The notes: a model not told the origin generated them from the letters alone. 24,664 nt of DNA from Oligoflexales bacterium (GCA_041736175.1 JBGSUI010000022.1:1-24664); one strand, 5' to 3'. Counted from the first letter of the stretch, positions 14,733 through 24,629 are shown. A program made the numbers and translations.

Positions 14733-17459
14733 ATGCTAACCATCAAGAAAATATCAGGATCACAGGCAGCAGCTGAGTATTATGCCGAATACGCTCAGGA
14801 AAAGGGTGAGGCACAAGGCTCCTGGATGGATCACAGCGGTCAGCTCGCAGTGGATGGGGCGCCGGTCGATCCGCAGGCCATGCTTAATATGCTCAAAGGG
14901 TACTCTCCCGATGGCAAGGACGCTCTTTGCCAAAACCCTGGTGAAGATCACCATCCTGGGTGGGATCTGACTTTCTCACCGCCAAAAAGTGTTTCCATAG
15001 CTTGGTCAAATGCATCGGACGATCTTCGGATTGACATTGAATCAGCCCATCGTGAGGCAGTTGCTCGGGCCCTTGGGTTTATCAATGACGAGGCCACATG
15101 GGTTCGCGTGGGCAAGGGAGGGGCTGGGGTCGAGCAGGCAAGAATGGTCGCGGCTCTCTTTCAGCACTCATCCAACCGGGCTGAGGAGCCGCAGCTCCAT
15201 ACCCACGCCATCGTTTTTAACGTGGCACAAACCAAATCTGACGGCATGTGGCGGACTCTTCATTCTAGACCTATCTACCGGGCTTACATGGCCGCAGGAG
15301 CCCTTTATAAGGCCGAGATGGCCGATCGTATGCGGGCCCTGGGATTTCAGACCCACAGGACCAAAGACAGTTTCGAACTGTCACAAGTCCCCGCGAGCGT
15401 TTGTGAGGCCCAGAGTTCCCGTTCAAAAGCGATTGAGGCGGCCTTAGCGCTCCAAGGGCAAACCAGATCAAGTGCGTCGGCGGTGACAAAGGAGCTCTTG
15501 GCCCTAGATACCCGTGCTGAGAAGGGTGGCGAGAGAGTGGTCCGCGACTTCGATCGTTGGCAAAAAGAAAATGCCGGTTATGGTTTTGGACCTACTGAGC
15601 AGGCTGCGATTTTAAATCAACAAGGCCCGAGTCAACAGCAGACGCCCTTTAATGGCAAGGATCATCGGGAGGTTATGGCCGAAAGCCTACAAAAGCTGAC
15701 AGCAAGATCATCCACGTTCAACGACTTTGATCTCTATAGGGCTGCGGCGGAGGCAGTCATCACCGAGGTGGGAGCCGACAAAGCACAAGCCATGGCCAGG
15801 GAGGCCAAAGCTGGCAGCGAAGTTGTTGCCCTTGGTCTAAATAAATTTGATGAAAATCGTTTGAGCACACAGGAAATGGTCAAAATTGAGCAGGAGAGTA
15901 TGTTAATCGTCGCTGAAAGACGGCAAGAAAACCAACATCCAGTGCCTGCGAACACCATTATTCAGGTTCTTGAAAAGCGACCAACGATCAAAAACGAGCA
16001 AGCAGAGGCCCTAATGCATGTGGTTGGAGGAAAAGATGGCGTCTCGTTTATTGAAGGGGATGCTGGGACTGGAAAAAGCTTTCTCATGGCCGCTGTGCGT
16101 GAAGCCTATGAATCCAGCGGCTACGAGGTTCGGGGCGTTTCGTTTACCAATAAGGCTGCAAAAAACCTCGAAGAGGGCAGCGAGATCAAAGATTGCCAGA
16201 GCGTTGACTCACTCCTGATGGAACAGCGCAAAGGGGAAAATCCCCTCCACAAGAGGTCCGTACTGGTTCTTGATGAGGCAGGAATGCTTGATAGCCGTAA
16301 GATGCGTGAGCTGATGGGGATGTGCAAAGACCGTCGCACCAAATTGCTGTGCCTTGGTGACCAAAAGCAGATCCAACCTATTGCTGCGGGGCAGGCTTTT
16401 GGCTCGATGAAACGTGAGTTTGGCTCAAAACGCCTTACCGACATCATGCGGCAAAAAGACGAATGGCTCAAAACAGCGATCAAGGATTTTTCCGAAGGTC
16501 GAGTTCGACAAGGGATCGACGAACTTGATCGTCGAGAGGCTCTGCATATTGCAAAAAATCGCTTGGAGGCGCGCGAGGCCATCATATCAGAGTGGAAAAA
16601 TCAGATCGATGCAGGTGGCCTGGCAAAGGCTCCGCTTATGGTTGTCACCACAAATGCTGAGGTTGACCAACTTAATCTCTTGGCCCGTGACCAGTTGGTA
16701 AAAAGTGGGGTTTTAGAGCAGGGCCTCGTGATTGGTACAGACCATGGCCAACGCTGCTTCGCGGCAGGAGACCGAATCGTGTTTACCGCAAATTTTAAAA
16801 AAAAAGGTATCTACAACTCAGGAGTAGCCACCATTGAAAAGATAAAAAAACCGCTAAATCCCAGTGGTTCTAAAACCATAACCGTGAAAACTGAAAATGG
16901 TCGCCGCATAAAATTCGATCCCTCAACCTTCAAATCTTTTCGCCATGCCTATGCCCTAACCGCCCATAAGTCGCAGGGATCGACAGTTGACCGAGTCTTA
17001 GTTTTGATTGATGGATCGTTGATGGACCGCGAGAAGTTCTATGTCGCAGTTTCCCGTGGGCGCGAAAAGCCCGTGGTTTTTGCCGACCAGCAAACGCTCG
17101 GAGGTGTGCCGATGGACGATCAACGGCGATTGGCAGCTCTTCCGATTGAAGAACGAACCAAGGGGGAACGTGAGTTCTTTAAGGTGTCACTTGGGCGGAT
17201 GTTGGGAGCATCCCATGAAAAGGACACGTCCCAGGATTATTCGATCAGTAAAAGCCAGCTGCACGGCCTGATTAAAGCCAGTCCCGAAAGGGGCTTGACC
17301 GGGTGGGACGGCATTAAGTCAAGAATTTTTGATCAGTTGCGCAATATTCACCAAAGGCTCAGCGCGGCATTTGGAGAGCGAACACCTGCAGGCAAATCGG
17401 GAGCAGAGACCGGAATGCCTGCGGACAAACCAGTAAAGGAGATGTCCTATGACCGTTAA
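14733..17459 (+). CDS. mobF: MobF (TrwC-like) relaxase-helicase
   Basis: AAAEYYAEY, GWDLTFSPPKSVS, HSSNR..PQLHTHA (HUH). Helicase motifs GDAGTGKS, LDEAGM, LGDQKQ, HAYALTAHKSQGSTVD, YVAVSRGR. Confidence 0.96.
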   Translation: MLTIKKISGSQAAAEYYAEYAQEKGEAQGSWMDHSGQLAVDGAPVDPQAMLNMLKGYSPDGKDALCQNPGEDHHPGWDLTFSPPKSVSIAWSNASDDLRIDIESAHREAVARALGFINDEATWVRVGKGGAGVEQARMVAALFQHSSNRAEEPQLHTHAIVFNVAQTKSDGMWRTLHSRPIYRAYMAAGALYKAEMADRMRALGFQTHRTKDSFELSQVPASVCEAQSSRSKAIEAALALQGQTRSSASAVTKELLALDTRAEKGGERVVRDFDRWQKENAGYGFGPTEQAAILNQQGPSQQQTPFNGKDHREVMAESLQKLTARSSTFNDFDLYRAAAEAVITEVGADKAQAMAREAKAGSEVVALGLNKFDENRLSTQEMVKIEQESMLIVAERRQENQHPVPANTIIQVLEKRPTIKNEQAEALMHVVGGKDGVSFIEGDAGTGKSFLMAAVREAYESSGYEVRGVSFTNKAAKNLEEGSEIKDCQSVDSLLMEQRKGENPLHKRSVLVLDEAGMLDSRKMRELMGMCKDRRTKLLCLGDQKQIQPIAAGQAFGSMKREFGSKRLTDIMRQKDEWLKTAIKDFSEGRVRQGIDELDRREALHIAKNRLEAREAIISEWKNQIDAGGLAKAPLMVVTTNAEVDQLNLLARDQLVKSGVLEQGLVIGTDHGQRCFAAGDRIVFTANFKKKGIYNSGVATIEKIKKPLNPSGSKTITVKTENGRRIKFDPSTFKSFRHAYALTAHKSQGSTVDRVLVLIDGSLMDREKFYVAVSRGREKPVVFADQQTLGGVPMDDQRRLAALPIEERTKGEREFFKVSLGRMLGASHEKDTSQDYSISKSQLHGLIKASPERGLTGWDGIKSRIFDQLRNIHQRLSAAFGERTPAGKSGAETGMPADKPVKEMSYDR

Positions 17460-17535
17460 AAGTATAACAGTTATGTTTTTGAATTGAGCATCGGACATGC
17501 AAAAGCTATTGTCTCGATGGCGAGGGTTAGGTGAG

Positions 17536-17552
17536 TTGGCATTGATCTTGAA
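17536..17552 (+). promoter_or_regulatory. Possible sigma54 promoter of the signalling cluster (variant -12)
   Basis: TTGGCATTGATCTTGAA is TGGCAT-N5-TTGA: correct spacing but GA instead of GC at -12. Confidence 0.4.
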
Positions 17553-17626
17553 TGCACTCATGTTAAAGGCGGGTTTCGCCCTAGTCTTGTGAACCGGTTA
17601 AATCTTAATTTTATGAATGGATATCA

Positions 17627-18382
17627 GTGATTACAGATCAGTATATAAAAGGTGGAGGGGCGACCATACCCGTAACCATACATGCCCTTGATACGGGGCC
17701 CCGCGGACAAGGTCTGCCTTTTATTTACGTGCCGGGTATCGCTGGAACGGCAGAGGAGGGTGAATTTTTCTTTGAAAAATTCGAAAATCGCCGCTGCATA
17801 GCCATAAGTATGAGGGGGAGAGGTAAAAGCTCCACTCCCACGAGAAACTATGCCATCGCCGATCACGGTACGGATTTGCTGGATGTCCTAAAATCACTTG
17901 GAATCGAGTCAAAGAAGTTTCATCTTCATGGCTATTCGATCGGCGCGATGTATGTATTGTCCTTTTTATTGGCAGAAGAGCTTATTCCAGCGTCAGTCAT
18001 AATCGGCGATCATGGTGGGGGTGTCGATAGATTGCCCCAGGGCTGGGCTAAACATTTTGCTTCGCTAAAAATAAACGATAAATCTGTCTTAGAAAATATT
18101 AGACCTGAGGCATTAAATGCCATCGAAGCTGACTCAACGCTTCTATCCTTATACGAACCCATTAAAGAGCTTAAGTTGCAGGTACCCTTGCTGCTTCTTG
18201 CAGGCGGACAACAGGCCCCGTTCCCTTCGCGCCTGACCGCGGTAGACATTGAGAGATATCGAGAATGTTTTTCGGAACTTACAATCAGCAGGTTTGAGGA
18301 CGCCGGTCACTTTTTTCGCGATACAGACCGGCAAAAATACCTAGAGGTTATGGAGAGTTTTATAAAGAGGTTTGATGATTAG
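17627..18382 (+). CDS. Alpha/beta fold hydrolase
   Basis: YVPG oxyanion region, SMRGRGKS, nucleophile elbow GYSIG, C-terminal DAGH. Confidence 0.88.
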   Translation: MITDQYIKGGGATIPVTIHALDTGPRGQGLPFIYVPGIAGTAEEGEFFFEKFENRRCIAISMRGRGKSSTPTRNYAIADHGTDLLDVLKSLGIESKKFHLHGYSIGAMYVLSFLLAEELIPASVIIGDHGGGVDRLPQGWAKHFASLKINDKSVLENIRPEALNAIEADSTLLSLYEPIKELKLQVPLLLLAGGQQAPFPSRLTAVDIERYRECFSELTISRFEDAGHFFRDTDRQKYLEVMESFIKRFDD

Positions 18383-19514
18383 AGCATTGATATCAATTGT
18401 TTTATTTTGTGTTTGGAGTCAAGCGCAAGCGCAGGTTGTCGCTGTTTGCGAAACCTTGGTTTCTGGTGATCCTTTTCTCTCAAAACGGATCAAGCAGGAT
18501 TATGAACGTTCGAGCCAACTAGCTTTAGAAGATTTTTTGCGTGACTATCCAGGGTCTAAATTACGGCTGAAATTGTGCCTTGAGACAGAAAGTACAGAAG
18601 TCATTTTAGGGAAAACGATAGGTCCAGAGATAGCAGCTATCGTTGGATTTTCGTTTGCATCGAGCAGTAAAATTGCGGCGGATATCGCCAATAAAAATAA
18701 AATGTCCTATTTTTCGCCAACCTCATCTCTTGATGAATTATATCTTGGTTCATATGCAAAATCTCTCGGCATTTCCGCAGCCCAAACGGGAGTTGTGGCA
18801 AGCCGATGGTTGGCAGACCAAGTCCCATGGCAAGAAATCCATGTGTACTCTCCCTTTGACAAAGCATATTCCAGAATGCAGCAAAGAGCATTGACGCGGC
18901 AGTTTAACCAGCCATTTATCAGTCACAACTATATGCAGGTCGATTCTGATACCCAAGCCTTACCTAAAACAGCAAATTCGCAGGGTCAAAATTTAATCGT
19001 TTTTACTGGCTACGCCTTTCAGCATTTTAATATGCTTATGAAAATGATTCGCAATCGTTTGCCAGCCGTATATCTGACGACCAACCAATGGGCCTATAAT
19101 CAGGACCTTTTGAGATCGATGATCGAAATGGATGACGGTATCCAGCTTTATACCATATCTGATTTTGGCGATCCGACGGCTGAATCTGCTCATTTCGGTA
19201 TTCCCCAAGATTTGGAGTCCTTTTTCTCGCTCTCAAGAACAAAGGCTCAAAGGTTTGTTAAAAATTTTTCGGCCAGATTTTCTGTTGCTCCCGAGCCATT
19301 CGCTTTTGCGATCTATGATGCTGTTTATGCTGGCCTTGTTTTTAGCGAAATGCGCGATAGTTTTGAAAAAACAAAAGCCAATCCCAATCCATCATTACGA
19401 TGGTTTTCAGGCGTATCTGGGCCATTTTTTGTTAGGGGCGGTGTCTTTGGTAGACCCTCTTACCTTTTGAAGTGGGCCCATAAAAAGTTCGAAGTGGTAA
19501 GGGTCTACTTATGA
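18375..19514 (+). CDS. Periplasmic binding protein, type I (LivJ/ABC branched-chain-like)
   Basis: Signal peptide ending AQA, AAIVGFSFASSS, FSPTSS, FVKNFSARF..YDAV, FSGVSGPF. No ABC permease is nearby and it overlaps the kinase gene. Confidence 0.75.
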   Translation: MIRALISIVLFCVWSQAQAQVVAVCETLVSGDPFLSKRIKQDYERSSQLALEDFLRDYPGSKLRLKLCLETESTEVILGKTIGPEIAAIVGFSFASSSKIAADIANKNKMSYFSPTSSLDELYLGSYAKSLGISAAQTGVVASRWLADQVPWQEIHVYSPFDKAYSRMQQRALTRQFNQPFISHNYMQVDSDTQALPKTANSQGQNLIVFTGYAFQHFNMLMKMIRNRLPAVYLTTNQWAYNQDLLRSMIEMDDGIQLYTISDFGDPTAESAHFGIPQDLESFFSLSRTKAQRFVKNFSARFSVAPEPFAFAIYDAVYAGLVFSEMRDSFEKTKANPNPSLRWFSGVSGPFFVRGGVFGRPSYLLKWAHKKFEVVRVYL

Positions 19515-21103
19515 CAAACTTGCCGACTATTCTCCGATCTTTAAGAGTAAAAATTAATGCTTACCTAGCTGTCACAACCCTCGTTTTTATTTCAGTTTTA
19601 GTCATTTTAGAGATCAAATTGGCCACAGAACTTCGCGTTCAGCTGATTGGAGCGGACAAAAATGCGTTTATTCCTGGTCTGGACGAATCAATTCTTTTTG
19701 ATGACGCCGATGGCAAGGATTTTATTCTGAGTTGGTTGCGCGATCGCCACCAACTTATCGAGGCAAAGATAGATGCCAAGGTTCCAGATTGTCTTGCTTT
19801 AAGTGATCAAGGCGATTTTTTTGATGTTTGTTGGAATATGAGAGGATTTGTCCAGGCAACCCACGCCATGAGAGATAGTCAATTTCTGGTTTTAAAATTG
19901 CCGATAACGTTTTCGTTCGACCTTATTTTGCTTCCCACTATTCTCGTGCTTCTAGCGGTTCTTGGTGTCTATTTATTTCTGGTCAACTATGTTTTTCGCA
20001 AACTAGAAAGATCGATTCATCGTCCTATCGTCGCCTTAGCCGAGTTGGCAGCAAAAGGGGGAGATATGGCCATAAAGTCGGATTTAGAAGAGATTAAGAC
20101 GCTTGCCCAGGCCGTTGTCGATGGCCGCGAAGTCGAGCGACACAAGGCCATTACCAGTATCACTCAGTCTCTGGCGCACGATATCAAGAACTCCCTCGGT
20201 GCTTTTGAATACATTAAAAATATTAAATCTTTAGACGAACTCCATGAGTGGCAAAATGAAATTCAGGGAGTAACCGCAAGAATTTGGCGGATTATTGATA
20301 AGATAGGGGTTGCTCGCGTTGAGCTAACATTAGAACTTGGTGATCACCATTTCGATCTATCGATCCTTGAGGAAGAAGCGCAGAAAATATATCCCGCCGT
20401 CAAAATAACGTCTGAAGTCAATTGGGATCAAGACAAGAGGTTTCATTTGGATCCGTTGGCAATCGAACGGTTAGTCTTTAATTTAGTAAAAAATTCTGTA
20501 GAGGCCGGTGCCAAACAGATCCATCTCAAGGGCGTAATCAAAGGTTCGACCCTAAATCTTTCGGTTATCGATGATGGCCCAGGCGTTGCACCACCAATGG
20601 TTGACGATCTATTTAAGCGTGGAAAATCATTTGGCAAAGAAGATGGGCAGGGTATCGGACTCTACAATGTCAGTAAGATTGTCGCTGGACATGGCGGCAA
20701 GGTAGAATATTCAAGAGAAAGCAATAAAACAATTTTTAGTCTTGAATTACCTGGATGTGTCTTGTCAGCAAAATCTGATGTTCGACCTACAGAGCAATTC
20801 ATTGATCCATCTAAGGCGTTAAAACAGCAGTCTGTCGTAGTTTCTGTCAGCAACAGACAACGTCATGACGCGCTCATAGCTGCTTTAGCAAATTATCCTA
20901 TAAAGATTTACGACAAGCTTCAAGTTGATGGGAACCTCCCAAGCCTGGTTATCACGGACAATACTGAGTTGATCGATCAGTGTTTGGGTCTCAGAATCCC
21001 TATTTTGATGGAAAATGGAAAAGATGACATCGCGAAATTTGCCGAACAAATAGCCAGAAGAGTTCGAAGCCAACATAAGTATACAGCCTCCCTAGAGGTC
21101 TAA
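19511..21103 (+). CDS. Membrane sensor histidine kinase with a degenerate C-terminal receiver-like domain
   Basis: Two TM segments, H box LAHDIKNSL, N box NLVKNSVEA, G1 DDGPG, G2 GIGL. The tail contains LVITD but lacks the acidic pair. Confidence 0.92.
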   Translation: MTNLPTILRSLRVKINAYLAVTTLVFISVLVILEIKLATELRVQLIGADKNAFIPGLDESILFDDADGKDFILSWLRDRHQLIEAKIDAKVPDCLALSDQGDFFDVCWNMRGFVQATHAMRDSQFLVLKLPITFSFDLILLPTILVLLAVLGVYLFLVNYVFRKLERSIHRPIVALAELAAKGGDMAIKSDLEEIKTLAQAVVDGREVERHKAITSITQSLAHDIKNSLGAFEYIKNIKSLDELHEWQNEIQGVTARIWRIIDKIGVARVELTLELGDHHFDLSILEEEAQKIYPAVKITSEVNWDQDKRFHLDPLAIERLVFNLVKNSVEAGAKQIHLKGVIKGSTLNLSVIDDGPGVAPPMVDDLFKRGKSFGKEDGQGIGLYNVSKIVAGHGGKVEYSRESNKTIFSLELPGCVLSAKSDVRPTEQFIDPSKALKQQSVVVSVSNRQRHDALIAALANYPIKIYDKLQVDGNLPSLVITDNTELIDQCLGLRIPILMENGKDDIAKFAEQIARRVRSQHKYTASLEV

Positions 21104-21125
21104 GATTTTAAATGAGGACGTAAAA

Positions 21126-21434
21126 ATGCGCCAACTACCCGAAATTAAAGTTAAAGAAGCTAGACCCCAGGCTAAAATAGTTCAGGACGGCAAGCGAACT
21201 AAACCCCGTCGTGAGGTTCCAGATGTGCCGTCCACTGAAACCATCACCAAGGTGAACCTGGATCTATCTATGACAATGCTGCTGGAGCTCGATCAGCTGG
21301 CGCTACTTCTCAATATATCGAGGCAAGCTGTTATCAAAAATTTTGTCAAAGACGGTCTTGACCGACATTTTCTTGGTCAGAGAGCTCGCGATGAAGTCCA
21401 TGTATCAAATATGAGCCGGAACATCCAGGAATGA
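21126..21434 (+). CDS. CopG/ribbon-helix-helix DNA-binding protein
   Basis: TKVNLDLSMTMLLELDQLALLLNISRQAVIKNFV fits an RHH pattern, with a GAGG RBS. Confidence 0.75.
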   Translation: MRQLPEIKVKEARPQAKIVQDGKRTKPRREVPDVPSTETITKVNLDLSMTMLLELDQLALLLNISRQAVIKNFVKDGLDRHFLGQRARDEVHVSNMSRNIQE

Positions 21435-21511
21435 CTAAATATTTACCACAATACTCACTGATCTTTGTGAGCTGTGATGGACGGGATAACACGGCGAAAG
21501 GAACAAGATAA

Positions 21512-22978
21512 ATGAATGAAATTTTGTCAAAAAAAAATGGCTCAATCTTGATCGTTGAGGATGACGCACCGCAACTTGGTCGGTATCTGGAAATGGCTCG
21601 GGAAGCGGGCCTCGAGTCTCGAGGTGCCCGTAATGATAAGGATGCCCTAAACTTATTAGCAAATTTAAGCTTTCAATATGTGCTGACCGATATTCACCTT
21701 AATAATCAGTTAAACTATAGCGGGTTCGAAGGTCTCAAGATTCTCCGCTATTTGAAGGAGAATATGCCGGAGGTGATTCCATTGGCAATGACTTCGGATC
21801 CAAAAATAGAGACCTATCAAAACGTCCTTAAGGAAGGGGTTGGACACCTTTTTCGCAAGCCGATTATTAGCAAAGATGAGCTTCAGATTCATCTCACGGC
21901 TGCCCGGAGTCGCCGACTTATGGGGTCCTTGGTTAAGGGGCGGCCAAGAGAGGCGGGATTCCCTGAAAGAATCAGGCAACGTTGTCCGGATGGTGTAGTG
22001 ATTACAGATGCGACTCGAGAAACCATTCGGAAAGTTGCGGCATTTGGTCGAGTCCCGGTTGTGATCTATGGCGAGACTGGCACTGGCAAAGAAGAAATCG
22101 CAAAGCTCATTCATCGCCGTAGATTTGAGCTCAACGGTCCACTTCCGTTTGTACCAGTTAATTGTGCAAGTCTTCGAGGAGAGACCGCAATCGCGTCACT
22201 TTTTGGCCACAAGAAGGGGGCTTTTACGGGAGCTGAGCATACTAATAATGGTTTTATTGCTGAGGCAGACGGTGGCATATTGTTTTTAGATGAGATTCAC
22301 ACTCTGTCAATCGACTGTCAGCAGCGCCTACTAAGGGTCATTCAAGATGGAACTTACTATCGACTTGGTGACACTAAAGAATTGTATTCTGATTTTCAGG
22401 TCATCGTTGCAACGACTCGAAATCTTGACGACGAGATGAATGAGGGTCGATTTTTGCCAGATTTGCGCGCTCGATTGATTGGTTTTGATATTGGGCTGAG
22501 TCCACTAAGAGAGAGACTTGAGGACCTGCCCATCTTGGTTGACCTATGCTTTGCTAGGCATGGTGTTAATGTTCCAGAGGTTGAGGTCCAGCGCATTGCA
22601 AAAAAGTGTGGGGAATACTATTGGCGAGGCAATATCCGGCAGCTCTTTATGGTGCTTCAAGCCCTCATTGTCGAAGCAGAGGGGAATGAGCAAGAAATTC
22701 GGGCTGAAAATCTTCCCGTGGTTAAACATATGTTGCCGCCAGGCGAAGAGAATGTTTCAACAAAATCCATTGGCATTAAAGGAATACCTGCGGATTTTGG
22801 TCGAATGATTGAAGGTGCCTTACGAAACGATCAACCGCTGCATGATACGATGGTTCTTTTTGAAAAATTCGTGATCCAGGCGGCCTTAGCACGGCATGCA
22901 AAGCTTGGTGACGTCGCCAGTTCACTCGGTATTGGGCGAAGTACCCTCGATGAAAGGCGCAAGAAATATAGTATTTAA
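21512..22978 (+). CDS. NtrC-family sigma54-dependent response regulator (receiver, AAA+, Fis HTH)
   Basis: ILIVEDD, LTDI, GETGTGKE, intact GAFTGA, LFLDEI, WRGNIRQL, VASSLGIGRSTL. Confidence 0.96.
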   Translation: MNEILSKKNGSILIVEDDAPQLGRYLEMAREAGLESRGARNDKDALNLLANLSFQYVLTDIHLNNQLNYSGFEGLKILRYLKENMPEVIPLAMTSDPKIETYQNVLKEGVGHLFRKPIISKDELQIHLTAARSRRLMGSLVKGRPREAGFPERIRQRCPDGVVITDATRETIRKVAAFGRVPVVIYGETGTGKEEIAKLIHRRRFELNGPLPFVPVNCASLRGETAIASLFGHKKGAFTGAEHTNNGFIAEADGGILFLDEIHTLSIDCQQRLLRVIQDGTYYRLGDTKELYSDFQVIVATTRNLDDEMNEGRFLPDLRARLIGFDIGLSPLRERLEDLPILVDLCFARHGVNVPEVEVQRIAKKCGEYYWRGNIRQLFMVLQALIVEAEGNEQEIRAENLPVVKHMLPPGEENVSTKSIGIKGIPADFGRMIEGALRNDQPLHDTMVLFEKFVIQAALARHAKLGDVASSLGIGRSTLDERRKKYSI

Positions 22979-22991
22979 TGGAGTAAATAAC

Positions 22992-23732
22992 ATGCTATTT
23001 GGTATAGGGAATAAGCCAACATTGACAGGGTTCATGCTGCTCGTTTTAGTTTCTTGCGGGGGAGGTAGCGGCCAGAAGCCAACTCAAGATGGCACCAATT
23101 TGACCAATCCGACTGCTCAAGGCGGTGCTGCACAAGCCCAATCTTGTGAAATCGGTGAAACAAAGCGTGACGATGGAAGCTGCGTCCGCGCTTGTCGAGT
23201 TGGGTTAAACAAGATCGAGTATTGTTTACGCAATAACGAAATGCCAAGTGACATCGATCCCACTAAAAAGGTAGCAGCCTGCAAGTATGGAATATTTGAT
23301 AGGGATCAATGTAAAAAGGTCGTTTTTAAGGCCGACAATAATGGTGTAGCACTGTTCGCTGGTGAGACTCTCAGAGCCAGAGCCAGAGCTAGTAGCGATG
23401 AGCTGACGCTCGATCGGTTGTCCCTTGGAGGTTATAGCGGAGCCGGTTTTCAAGTTGTCTATGATTATATCACTGAATACCCCAGGGCAACGTTAGTTGA
23501 AAATGCTTTTGGAAATTATGCGGTCTATTTTTCTAAGCTTAGTCACGCGGATGGATATCGGATTGTGGCAAATAGCTTTGCATCAGATCCCCTGAGCAAG
23601 GCAGAAATCGACCTATACGGAATTAAATTTGAGATGGGTGCAATGACGAAGAGTCGTTTTTTTTCCCTCTGTCATACATTGTCTGCTCTGAATAATCAGC
23701 CAGACACATTCAAGTTGGTCGAATTGGTATGA
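22992..23732 (+). CDS. Cys-rich putative lipoprotein
   Basis: GGAG RBS before ATG 22992, lipobox LVSC, a Gly/Thr/Gln linker, then several Cys. Confidence 0.75.
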   Translation: MLFGIGNKPTLTGFMLLVLVSCGGGSGQKPTQDGTNLTNPTAQGGAAQAQSCEIGETKRDDGSCVRACRVGLNKIEYCLRNNEMPSDIDPTKKVAACKYGIFDRDQCKKVVFKADNNGVALFAGETLRARARASSDELTLDRLSLGGYSGAGFQVVYDYITEYPRATLVENAFGNYAVYFSKLSHADGYRIVANSFASDPLSKAEIDLYGIKFEMGAMTKSRFFSLCHTLSALNNQPDTFKLVELV

Positions 23733-23939
23733 GCCACCACGATATTTCATGGTCTCATAAACACAATATTTTATGGGGATCTGCAATCCATAGGCGCTAT
23801 AATAAATCAAGTGAAAACAAACCTTTGGACTTATTTTTTAAGAATGGAGAGGAGTCGCCAGCATATGACAGAGGCCTATGCTGAGTTCTCCCTTACTGAC
23901 TGCTTGTAAACGGATGGGTTATTGGCGAGATTTCTTAAG

Positions 23940-24251
23940 TTAAGATCTTAGAGCCTGTAAGCTCATGGAAAACGAGTCAAAGCGAAGCTCGTCGAGGCTA
24001 TGAGCGATATCCCAAAGATTTAATTTCCCATCACTGGTCCAGATATGCAGAGCGATTTGGACTAAGAGCTGTTGTGCACCAGAAAAGCATCGAGAATCTT
24101 CGATTAAAGATTGTGGATCAGCCGTCAGTCTAGACCTATCGTCAGTAAAGACAAAATCCAAAAGCCAGGGGTCTTGATTGAGTAGTATCGAGATGGCATG
24201 CCATCGGTCTTTATCACAGTCTGAAATTTTAATCTTTTGGAATGATTTCAT
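23940..24251 (-). CDS. Hypothetical protein translationally coupled to the ExeA-like ATPase remnant
   Basis: 103-aa ORF whose ATG overlaps the upstream stop (ATGA). No family confidently assigned. Confidence 0.65.
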   Translation of the reverse strand: MKSFQKIKISDCDKDRWHAISILLNQDPWLLDFVFTDDRSRLTADPQSLIEDSRCFSGAQQLLVQIALHIWTSDGKLNLWDIAHSLDELRFDSFSMSLQALRS

Positions 24252-24530
24252 GTTGTGACCTCACGTTTTCCCGTATCACCTTTCTTGCCTTTAATAGGTT
24301 TATACAATTCGAAAAAGATATCCTCAGTCATTTGAGACTGCTCTTTTGCGATAGTTTCCACTAAAATTTCTCCAGCCATCGTGGTCAAGACCCGCCAATT
24401 ACCGCCGGCATGATCAATGAGAGTCTTTTTGAGATCTTTGGTCATAAGCGCTGGATTTCCAGCTTTTGTTAAAACCTGGTCCAATTGGTCAGTTAAATCC
24501 GCTTTTGATAGCGATTCTGTTTGAATTGAA
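24248..24530 (-). pseudogene. C-terminal remnant of an ExeA-like transposon-associated AAA ATPase
   Basis: LDQVLTKAGNPALMTKDLKKTLIDHAGGNWRVLTTMAGEIL matches the lid region of ExeA-type ATPases. No Walker motifs are present, and the upstream frame runs through an IR-bounded segment. Confidence 0.7.
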
Positions 24531-24532
24531 GA

Positions 24533-24629
24533 GAGTCTTATCCGAAGCGCCCACCCAAAGACCAATTTTGGTTGATTTTTGAAAATGAGATCGAATCCCC
24601 CGTAACCGTGGGCGGTTTGGATAAGAGCC
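24533..24629. mobile_element. About 97-bp inverted-repeat-bounded segment (MITE-like or IS end)
   Basis: TCTTATCCGAAGCGCCCAC (24536-24554) and GTGGGCGGTTTGGATAAGA (24608-24626) form a 17/19 inverted match. The right end reads GGCTCTT on the minus strand, as in ISL3-type ends. Confidence 0.5.
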
